IMG/VR virus record: IMGVR_UViG_3300032323_003710
From: an uncultured virus (IMG/VR IMGVR_UViG_3300032323_003710)
Lineage: Duplodnaviria > Heunggongvirae > Uroviricota > Caudoviricetes
Length of the DNA: 64,000 bases
Strand: one strand, 5' to 3'
This document shows positions 48,161 to 55,867 of this stretch, piece after piece (within the stretch, counting starts at the first letter, position 1; every line of letters starts with the position of its first letter). Below the pieces are notes generated by a model. The model saw only the letters and a program-made list of their open reading frames with translations. It was not told the DNA's origin and searched no databases. Both the position numbers and the translations under genes were made by a program.

Positions 48161-48482
48161 AATTAGATTTGAGATTAAGTATGGTGATTTAAGTAAAGAT
48201 GAAATCAGAGACCATAAATTAGGATTATTGGATCAAGATATAACTACAGAAATTGAATCTGAATATCCCTTGAATATACCTTCTAAAGATGAAATGGTTG
48301 AGTTAGGTGAAGAATTATACTCAATCAATATGATTTATCATAAATTAGAAAAAGATTGCTATACAAGTGTTATTTCAGTTACTAGTAATAAGATTAAAAA
48401 TATGTTAGATGCTAAGCAAAGAAAGCTTGACACAGAAAGAGAAATAGAAAGAATGAGTTCTATGTTTTCATTTAAAGTATAA
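48150..48482 (+). CDS. Hypothetical protein with N-proximal RD motif
   Basis: EIRDHKLGLL. Confidence 0.7.
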   Translation: MKYKIRFEIKYGDLSKDEIRDHKLGLLDQDITTEIESEYPLNIPSKDEMVELGEELYSINMIYHKLEKDCYTSVISVTSNKIKNMLDAKQRKLDTEREIERMSSMFSFKV

Positions 48483-48799
48483 TGACTATAGAAAAACTAA
48501 ATGAACTTATAGATAAAAGTAAGATGTTTGGTAGAGATTTTAGAATTAAAACTTTTGAAACTTTCCCAAATGTACATCCAACATTAAAAAATCCACTCAA
48601 TCATCTTAATGATATTAGAGTAGAATTTTCTATGTATGATGTCAATATATTTGGGGTTCATATGTTAAGTGAAATGACTATAAAAGACTTCTTTGATGAA
48701 GTTGATAAGATTGCAAATGAAAGAAATGAAACATATAAAAATTGGAAACAAACAGAATTAAGAGAATATAACATAGATAAAATATTAGAAAATGAGTAA
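48482..48799 (+). CDS. Hypothetical protein with RD tag
   Basis: Ends ELREYNIDKILENE. Confidence 0.75.
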   Translation: MTIEKLNELIDKSKMFGRDFRIKTFETFPNVHPTLKNPLNHLNDIRVEFSMYDVNIFGVHMLSEMTIKDFFDEVDKIANERNETYKNWKQTELREYNIDKILENE

Positions 48800-49778
48800 A
48801 TATATAAATGATTTCATTAAAGACTTATCAATTAAAGATAAGAAAACACTTTCACAAAAAACACTTAAATTAGTAGAAGAAGTAGGTGAACTCTCAAGAT
48901 TTATTCTACCATTTGATTCAGCACCAGGAACAAACCATAGATTTTCAGATAGAGAAAAAATACTTGAAGAAGTAGTAGATGTTTATTTATCAAACATTTC
49001 TATTGCACATTCATTAGGTTTCACTGATGAAGAGTTTAATGAAATGTTAAACAAGAAAACTGATAAGTGGGCTAAGCTTCAATTAAAAGAAGATGAAGTA
49101 ACTTTCCCTTTACCTTATGAGATACATGTTACTGTTGATACCTCAGAAAACTTCTTTGAATGTGATATAGATGGGTTTAAATCTAAATGTCAAGAAATTG
49201 ATGTTAAACCAATTGTTTTAGATTTAGAAATGAAAGAAGGAACTTTGAAGGATGTAATGACAAGTTCAAAGCACTTTGGAGACAATAGAACTGCATATGA
49301 AGAAGCAAATCGTATTGCTAATAAACTTACATCATTTGGTTACAAAGTTGTCAGAAACAAGATAGAAACAGTTCCTTGGCATCCTGCAGCACCTACTTTT
49401 AAAACAGGAGAACCAATTCCAAATGGATGTTACTTTGAAAGTCATATTGGTGTTGTTATTTCACCAGATGAAAAAGAAGCTCTACAAGAGTTTGTACAAG
49501 GATTAAATGATAGATGTACAGAAGCTGGTAGAATTGAGATAGGTGGTACTTGTAAATTATCACAGAACTTCTTTAAGAAATCTAAAGATGGTAGTAAGTT
49601 TGTTAATATGCTTACTTATAGAGATAATATGACTTGTAGAGAAGACTTTGAACATGGAGTTGAAGCAATTAAATGGTCATTAGATAAATGTGGATTTGAC
49701 TTTGAGAAAGTTGAAGTTGAATATGCACTTTATGATACCAATGTAAATCATGATTCAAAATGGATTCTTGGACTATAA
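48792..49778 (+). CDS. MazG-like domain fused to uncharacterised His/Glu-motif domain
   Basis: KLVEEVGEL...EEVVDV; then YEIHVTV, RNKIET, YFESHIG, EYALYDTN..HD..W. Confidence 0.75.
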   Translation: MSKYINDFIKDLSIKDKKTLSQKTLKLVEEVGELSRFILPFDSAPGTNHRFSDREKILEEVVDVYLSNISIAHSLGFTDEEFNEMLNKKTDKWAKLQLKEDEVTFPLPYEIHVTVDTSENFFECDIDGFKSKCQEIDVKPIVLDLEMKEGTLKDVMTSSKHFGDNRTAYEEANRIANKLTSFGYKVVRNKIETVPWHPAAPTFKTGEPIPNGCYFESHIGVVISPDEKEALQEFVQGLNDRCTEAGRIEIGGTCKLSQNFFKKSKDGSKFVNMLTYRDNMTCREDFEHGVEAIKWSLDKCGFDFEKVEVEYALYDTNVNHDSKWILGL

Positions 49779-50038
49779 AAAGTAATATAAAGGATGGTAA
49801 GGTTAAATTTAAAGTAGGTGATAAAGTAATTTGTTTTAGAAGAAAAACTAATGGTCATCCAAGAAAAATAAAGGATGATGTTGAATATACTATAAAGTCA
49901 ATAGTTAATGATGATTTGTTTATTGCAACACATTCATTAGATGGTATTGGATGGAATCAAGTTATAAAGGTTCATAAAACTTATATGATAAGTAAAGCAG
50001 ATTTAAGAGAAATTAAAATAAATGAGATATTAAGATGA
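49760..50038 (+). CDS. Small SH3/KOW-like protein with RD tag
   Basis: FKVGDKVIC; ends DLREIKINEILR. Confidence 0.75.
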   Translation: MDSWTIKSNIKDGKVKFKVGDKVICFRRKTNGHPRKIKDDVEYTIKSIVNDDLFIATHSLDGIGWNQVIKVHKTYMISKADLREIKINEILR

Positions 50039-50472
50039 TATACTATGATTCACATAAGAATAAATTTATACCTATAGATAAAAAAGATATAGAGATTAAG
50101 TTTATTACAAATAATAACATTACAACAAGACAACTAAGTAAAGAGTGTGAAATAGTTATAAGGTTTGATTATTCTGAATTAAAGTATTTCAAACAATGGT
50201 TTGATGATACACATGATAGTCAAAGGATGAGGTATGTTTCTGAATATAAAAGAGACATCTTTATATCAGATCCCGATTCTGTTATAGATACAAAGTTTTG
50301 TAATTGTTTTATATCAAGTATGGAATTATATGATTTTAGATCACCTTACAATAGTGTGGTTAATCAGTTTGAAGTTTTATTGAAATGTGATTATTATGAA
50401 AAAGGTGGTGTTTATCCAGAGTTAAAGGCAATATATAGAGATAAGAAGATAGACTTAATACTATCAAAATAA
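50035..50472 (+). CDS. Tail-tube (gp19)-like derivative with RD tag
   Basis: YFKQW...SEYKRDIFI...FEVLLKCDYYE then YRDKKIDLILSK. Confidence 0.65.
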   Translation: MIYYDSHKNKFIPIDKKDIEIKFITNNNITTRQLSKECEIVIRFDYSELKYFKQWFDDTHDSQRMRYVSEYKRDIFISDPDSVIDTKFCNCFISSMELYDFRSPYNSVVNQFEVLLKCDYYEKGGVYPELKAIYRDKKIDLILSK

Positions 50473-50500
50473 AAAGAGAAGTCAATGACTTCTCTTTTTT
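50470..50500. terminator. Bidirectional intrinsic terminator
   Basis: AAAAAGAGAAGTCA-a-TGACTTCTCTTTTTT. Confidence 0.8.
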
Positions 50501-50550
50501 ATGGTTACCAGTAGTAACAGACTTATAGTACTGAGACTATAAGGTGGTTT

Positions 50551-51021
50551 TTAATATATCATTTTACTTGGGAACTCACTTTCTTTTCTAGTATGTGGGT
50601 ATGATTCTTTATCAAAACACTTTTTAATTTCACACGCTTTTTTCCAAGCAACAAACTTAGGATCATGTTCTGCAGGATTTTCAAAACTATGTTGAAAGTT
50701 TTTTTGATAGTCAAGTAATTCTTCTTTTGATTTATTCATAAAGTAATCAAAGGTTCCTTCTGTTTCTTCTCTACTTTCTAATAGTTTATTTAACATTTTA
50801 CCATCTGCTGCATAAAAGTCTGTAAGTTTGAATCCTAATTCTTTACAATATTTAGTAATAAGTTTATCTTGAAACTTTTCTTTTTGACCTGCTAATAAAT
50901 CTTTATAATCTTTATTATCTTTTAAATCAGCTTTAACTTTCTTGGCAACTGCTCTTCTGTTTGCATCTGTCATTTCTTTCTTAGCTTCTTTAGCTTCATT
51001 AAATCTTTTTAAATATTTCAT
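50551..51021 (-). CDS. Hypothetical protein with MKYLKRFNE tag
   Basis: Start moved to MKYLKRFNEA; AATATATA 51044-51051. Confidence 0.8.
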   Translation of the reverse strand: MKYLKRFNEAKEAKKEMTDANRRAVAKKVKADLKDNKDYKDLLAGQKEKFQDKLITKYCKELGFKLTDFYAADGKMLNKLLESREETEGTFDYFMNKSKEELLDYQKNFQHSFENPAEHDPKFVAWKKACEIKKCFDKESYPHTRKESEFPSKMIY

Positions 51022-51106
51022 AATATACAATTTTTTATTAAACTATATATTAATTAATCAAACTTATTTTTCTTTTTTTCTATAAATAAGAAAATAATTT
51101 AATTAA

Positions 51107-52282
51107 ATGGGTAAACTCGCGTTAAATTTTATATGTAAAGATGAATCACATGTAATAGAAAGAATGCTTACTTCTGTTAAATCAATTGTTGATTTAATAG
51201 TTGTTAATGATACCGGATCAACTGATGGTACACAAGACTTGATAAGAAAGTTTGGAAAAGAAAACAATATACCTACTTATGTTTTTGATAGACCTTTTGA
51301 TGACTTTGAAAAAAGTAGAAATCATGCTATGGAAAAACTAAGAGAAGTAGTAAAGGAATTAGGCTGGGATGCTAACAAAGTACACGGTTTCTGGATTGAC
51401 TGTGATGAACAAATGGTTGTTGAACCAGGTTTCAATAAAAATCAATTCACTAATGACCTTTATATGATTAATACTTTCATTGGTCAAATGAAATACACAA
51501 GAAATACTTTCTTCAAAGTTTCTAAACCCTTTAGATGGTATGGCCCTGTGCATGAGTTCATTGTGTGTGATGACCAGAACATTTCATCAGGATTAGCAGA
51601 AGGATGTTTTGTTAATGTTAGTATGGATGGTAATTCTTGGCAGTCAAGTATTCCTGCTAAATACCTATCACATTCTCACAAATTAGAATCTTATATTGCA
51701 GAGAATAGACAGGATCCAAGATGGATTTTCTATACTGCACAATCTTATCATGATTCAGCATCAATGCCTGATAATCAAGAAGAGAATAAAGAAAGACTTA
51801 GACGTTCTTTAAGATATTATAAAGAAAGAACTGAAAGAACTGATGGTTATGCAGAGGAAATTTACTATGCTCATTACAGAATGGGTTCAATTATGAAAAC
51901 ATTAGAAGAACCTTGGAACTTAACAATGCAACAATGTTTAAAAGCTTATGCAATTGATCCTTTGAGAGGTGAATCAATTAAACTAATAATTGATTACTAC
52001 TTACAAATGGGAGAATGGCACTTAGCTTATTTATACACTAAGTTTGGTTATGAGAACTTTCACAATAAAAATCCTTATCCAACAAGATTATTATTTGTTG
52101 AAGAAGCTCTTTACACTTGGAAATTTGCAGAGGCACATGCTGCATCTTGTTTCTATACAGGTAGAAAAGATGAAGCTAAGAAAGTTTATGAACAAATGGT
52201 AGCATTAACTAAAACAAATCCTGGTGCATTCTCACAAGATGATTTGAATAAGATTAATACTAATGCACAATTCTTCAAATAA
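51107..52282 (+). CDS. GT2 glycosyltransferase with C-terminal TPR-like repeats
   Basis: ICKDES..IER.L.S, DTGSTDGT, FDDF..SRN, IDCDE, WYGPVHE; class B motif 51060-51087. Confidence 0.88.
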   Translation: MGKLALNFICKDESHVIERMLTSVKSIVDLIVVNDTGSTDGTQDLIRKFGKENNIPTYVFDRPFDDFEKSRNHAMEKLREVVKELGWDANKVHGFWIDCDEQMVVEPGFNKNQFTNDLYMINTFIGQMKYTRNTFFKVSKPFRWYGPVHEFIVCDDQNISSGLAEGCFVNVSMDGNSWQSSIPAKYLSHSHKLESYIAENRQDPRWIFYTAQSYHDSASMPDNQEENKERLRRSLRYYKERTERTDGYAEEIYYAHYRMGSIMKTLEEPWNLTMQQCLKAYAIDPLRGESIKLIIDYYLQMGEWHLAYLYTKFGYENFHNKNPYPTRLLFVEEALYTWKFAEAHAASCFYTGRKDEAKKVYEQMVALTKTNPGAFSQDDLNKINTNAQFFK

Positions 52283-52308
52283 AAAAATCCCTCAACTGAG
52301 GGATTTTT
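52281..52308. terminator. Bidirectional intrinsic terminator
   Basis: AAAAATCCCTCA-ac-TGAGGGATTTTT. Confidence 0.8.
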
Positions 52309-53047
52309 ATTTTTTTATCCATTCTTTAAATCTAATAATAGATTCATTTAATGTTTCTACAAAATCAAATTCTCTAAGAAAATCACCAAAATCTTCAAGA
52401 TAACCTTTCTTACTTTCATCAAACTTATCTTTAGTCCATTGCCAATTAAATGATAGAATATCAGGTGTCTTAAATCCAAAGAATCCCAATACTTCTCTTT
52501 CTAATTTTATTGCTTCTTTACCATTCCAATTGTGACCAGTTGCAATGATACCACATTCTTTGTTTTTTAATAAATTGGATTCACCTAATGTAGCATGTCT
52601 ATTTTCTAACCAAGTTAATCTTTCAATTAGTTCACCATAAATAGAATTCATTTTACCCCAACGTATAGATCCAAAAAATATTATTATGTCTGCATCAAAA
52701 ATAGCATTTGCAACCTTGTACATTTCATCAGTTTTATTGTTTAGTGCTGCCCAACATCTAATATCTCCAGTAGGATTTTTTGTCTTATCATTTAACTTTG
52801 CTTGTTTAAGACCACAAGTATTTCCTCTTTTAGTTGATACATTTCCCTCACAAGGAAATATTTTAAGTTTTGAAACATTAATAAGATTAATATTTTCAGA
52901 ACCTAACTTCTTTATTAATTCATCTGCAATTATTGATGATTTGGGTAGTTCTTTATCTCCTTCCCATCTATTAGATGTAGTTAGAAAAAGAATTTTCTTA
53001 TCATCATTCTTTTTAAGATAGTTGTAAAGCTTTTTTAATTTATCCAT
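52307..53047 (-). CDS. Flavodoxin-fold NAD(P)H-dependent FMN reductase-like protein
   Basis: LTTSNR, KIFPCEGNVS...C...CWA, DADIIIFFGSIRWG, IERL, GHNW. Confidence 0.8.
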   Translation of the reverse strand: MDKLKKLYNYLKKNDDKKILFLTTSNRWEGDKELPKSSIIADELIKKLGSENINLINVSKLKIFPCEGNVSTKRGNTCGLKQAKLNDKTKNPTGDIRCWAALNNKTDEMYKVANAIFDADIIIFFGSIRWGKMNSIYGELIERLTWLENRHATLGESNLLKNKECGIIATGHNWNGKEAIKLEREVLGFFGFKTPDILSFNWQWTKDKFDESKKGYLEDFGDFLREFDFVETLNESIIRFKEWIKK

Positions 53048-53060
53048 ACATTATATATAA

Positions 53061-53094
53061 AAAAAGAAACATCACTTTTTCAAGTGATGTTTCT
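53061..53094 (-). terminator. Intrinsic terminator
   Basis: A-tract AGAAACATCACTT-tttc-AAGTGATGTTTCT. Confidence 0.75.
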
Positions 53095-53109
53095 AAAATA
53101 AATTAATTT

Positions 53110-53277
53110 TTATTTTTTTCTTTTGTTCAATACTGATAAAACAACACCAGTTAATGTAACTACTGCACCAATTGCTTCTTGGATTAAACCAGCTTCTAAT
53201 AAACCATTAGTTAATAAAACACCTCCAACAAATGTAAGAGTGTGTCTAAGTAAACCTAAAATTTCTTCTTTATTCAT
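53110..53277 (-). CDS. Putative 2-TM holin (Pam3-gp28-like), 55 aa
   Basis: Hand translation MNKEEILGLLRHTLTFVGGVLLTNGLLEAGLIQEAIGAVVTLTGVVLSVLNKRKK; AATATATA 53329-53336. Confidence 0.7.
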   Translation of the reverse strand: MNKEEILGLLRHTLTFVGGVLLTNGLLEAGLIQEAIGAVVTLTGVVLSVLNKRKK

Positions 53278-53380
53278 AGTTTTTATTTATTTTTTGTTAT
53301 GATTATGTGGTCACATATTCACATTATCTATATATTTTACTCAAAATAAGTGTTATGGAAGGATCATAAAAAACCAATTA

Positions 53381-53437
53381 AAAAAGAAACACCACTTAAA
53401 AAATAAGTGGTGTCTGACCAGAAATACTATTTCTGGT
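53381..53437 (-). terminator. Tandem hairpins / terminator
   Basis: ACACCACTTA..TAAGTGGTGT and ACCAGAAAT..ATTTCTGGT, U-tract on minus strand. Confidence 0.65.
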
Positions 53438-53454
53438 GGGGTTCTTAAATTTAT

Positions 53455-53619
53455 TTAAGCATATGACCAATTACTTGAATCATTGTGATCATCTAATTCA
53501 TCTTCCTCAAGTTGTTTTTGTTTAGCTTTTTGAATCATTTTAATTTTAGATTTTACCTTGTCAAAAAATCTCTTCTTAATATTATCAGATTTTAGAATTA
53601 ATTTTACAATCTTTCTCAT
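53455..53619 (-). CDS. 54-aa hypothetical protein
   Basis: Hand translation MRKIVKLILKSDNIKKRFFDKVKSKIKMIQKAKQKQLEEDELDDHNDSSNWSYA. Confidence 0.5.
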   Translation of the reverse strand: MRKIVKLILKSDNIKKRFFDKVKSKIKMIQKAKQKQLEEDELDDHNDSSNWSYA

Positions 53620-53629
53620 TTTTAACTTT

Positions 53630-54658
53630 TTAATTTTTTAATTTTAATAACCATTGTATTTTAGCTTTTATGTTATATAACCCCAAACTAAAACTTTGTA
53701 ACCATGTAATAAAACCTCTATATTTATAAGCTAATTTTAATTTTCTAACAATACCTCTATGTGATGTAGGTGATACCTTCATAATCCAAGGCATCCAACT
53801 TATATCATCAGAAGCTACTATTGGAACTTTAGCTGTAACAAAATCAGCAGTAACAATATTAAATGATTCAGAAAAAGATACTTGCATACCTATATCCATT
53901 TTAGATGCTACTTCCAAAAATTCAGAATGTTTATACCATTTATGTTCAATAAGCTCATGTTCAGAATGTTCAAATAACGCTTGAATATTTCTTAACACAT
54001 TGTCACCAGATTGTTCTACTCTGGTTCCATTGATGTGAAATCTTAATCTTTTACCTATTTTTTCAGCAAACTCTATTGCAGCCATTGCTTGTTGGTATGT
54101 ATTCTTCATAGGTCTAATTGCACCAAAAGAACCAATATCAACAAAGTCATCACTTTTAATGTGTTTTTCAGGTGTGAATGGTTTAGCTTTATAAATATTT
54201 GGTAAAAATATAAATTTACCAGTTGGGAAACAATAAGTTAATTGTTCAGTAAGTTCTGTTGTGTTTGGAGCTATCTCAATTTTCAAATCCTTGATAGAAG
54301 CATATTGTTTTATCCATCTAGTTGCAATACCCTCATTGGCCAAAAATGGTGCTTTTGAATGTAATCTAACTATCCATCTTCTATTCTTGTGTCTTTGTAT
54401 TTGAAATAATTCTTTGAACTTTGCAGGTGGAACCCAAATAGCTTCAATTATAACCACATCTGGATTAAATTCAGTCACAACTCTATCAATTTGATTTGAG
54501 TCAACTACTGGTGTAATTTTAGCTTCAAAATCATTTTCATTTAGATAATTAACAACAAAACTAGCAGAATTAAATAACCCCGAAGTAACACCATAAGTGT
54601 CTTTTACTCTATCACATGTTATAAATTGTATGCGTTTCTTTGGGTTTATTTCTCTCAT
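53630..54658 (-). CDS. GT-B (GT4-like) glycosyltransferase
   Basis: IGSFGAIRPMKN, QVSFSESFNIVTADFV..KVPIVAS. Confidence 0.8.
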   Translation of the reverse strand: MREINPKKRIQFITCDRVKDTYGVTSGLFNSASFVVNYLNENDFEAKITPVVDSNQIDRVVTEFNPDVVIIEAIWVPPAKFKELFQIQRHKNRRWIVRLHSKAPFLANEGIATRWIKQYASIKDLKIEIAPNTTELTEQLTYCFPTGKFIFLPNIYKAKPFTPEKHIKSDDFVDIGSFGAIRPMKNTYQQAMAAIEFAEKIGKRLRFHINGTRVEQSGDNVLRNIQALFEHSEHELIEHKWYKHSEFLEVASKMDIGMQVSFSESFNIVTADFVTAKVPIVASDDISWMPWIMKVSPTSHRGIVRKLKLAYKYRGFITWLQSFSLGLYNIKAKIQWLLKLKN

Positions 54659-54678
54659 TTTATAACATATGTTTTTTT

Positions 54679-55008
54679 TTATTTACAACAATCTTTAATG
54701 ATTGTAGTTATTTCTGCTTTAACTTTTCCTAATTGATCATATTTGAATTCTTTACCAAATTTCTCACCTTTTTTCTTAACAGTGATTTCATTAGTACGGA
54801 ACATAACTTGACCAATATGTTCACCATCACAATGAATTTCAAAATCATCACCAACTTGTTTTGCTTTACAATCTTTAGTTTTGATATGGTCTTCAACAGA
54901 CTTTCTTAATTGGTCTTTCTTATCCTCTTTTACTTTGTTTCCATAAGGATTTTTTGCCGCTTTTTCAGCTTTGCCTTCAAAAAGGTTAAATGATACTAAG
55001 TTTTTCAT
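54679..55008 (-). CDS. Hypothetical protein with MKNLVSFNLFE tag
   Basis: AATATATA 55031-55038. Confidence 0.75.
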   Translation of the reverse strand: MKNLVSFNLFEGKAEKAAKNPYGNKVKEDKKDQLRKSVEDHIKTKDCKAKQVGDDFEIHCDGEHIGQVMFRTNEITVKKKGEKFGKEFKYDQLGKVKAEITTIIKDCCK

Positions 55009-55091
55009 TATTTAGTTATTTTTTATAAGTTATATATTAAATACTAAAACTACTTTTAGAACTTTCTATAATTATTTCTCAAAAAATAGTA

Positions 55092-55128
55092 AAAAAAATA
55101 GACACTTAAAAAAGTGTCTATTTTTTTT
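55092..55128 (-). terminator. Intrinsic terminator
   Basis: AAAAAAATAGACACTT-aaaa-AAGTGTCTATTTTTTT. Confidence 0.75.
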
Positions 55129-55768
55129 ATTTTGAGAGTAATTTTATCAAATCTTCTGTTATCTTAGTTATTAACTTTTTACCATCAACTTCAACTAAAG
55201 GAATATTTTTAATCATTGAATACTTATCATTACCATCAACATAAATTGATTCAATAAGTTTTTTCATCTTTGGATCTTTATATTTATTTATGTAATAAGT
55301 TTTTAATTCATTAACAAACTTGTTAAGATCAACTCCTTCTTTATGATTATATTTAACCATTTGAAGTTCATTATCTAATTTCTCAACCATTATGTACCAT
55401 ATTGATTTCTTTGAAACTTTTACATTCTCTAAAAAGTTGAAAGCTTTAGATGCTTTTACATTCTTTGGGAATTTTGCAACTCGACCATAAGTCTGTACTT
55501 TGTCTTCACTAATTTTCTCATCTTCCTTAGCTTCTTCTTCTTTCTCATCATACCACTCATTATCCAACTTAGGATATTGTTGCTCTTTAGGCATTAGATT
55601 TTTTCTTGAAGCAGGTCTCTCAATCTTTGTAGATCCAGTTGGAACATTAGGATTCATAGGTAAGTCTGTATCAGGTGTTAAAGACATATCTACTTCTTCT
55701 ACTTTAGAAGAACCTGACTTAATATCTGAAAACTTTTTAAAACCTACAATTTTTTTATTGTCTGCCAT
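55127..55768 (-). CDS. Hypothetical protein
   Basis: N-terminal GFKKFSD; AATATATA 55796-55803. Confidence 0.8.
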   Translation of the reverse strand: MADNKKIVGFKKFSDIKSGSSKVEEVDMSLTPDTDLPMNPNVPTGSTKIERPASRKNLMPKEQQYPKLDNEWYDEKEEEAKEDEKISEDKVQTYGRVAKFPKNVKASKAFNFLENVKVSKKSIWYIMVEKLDNELQMVKYNHKEGVDLNKFVNELKTYYINKYKDPKMKKLIESIYVDGNDKYSMIKNIPLVEVDGKKLITKITEDLIKLLSK

Positions 55769-55867
55769 TTTATTTACTTTTTATTTTAGTAATAGTATAT
55801 ATTAAATAATATATCTCAATTTATGTATTTTATCATAAAATATCAAAAAGTTACTATTATTTTAGGT

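Noticed and set aside
50502..50545. Small extra hairpins (GTTAC/GTAAC, CTTATAGT/ACTATAAG) as ncRNA or tRNA
   Set aside because: Too short, with no tRNA cloverleaf or T-loop signature; compatible with 3'-UTR structure.
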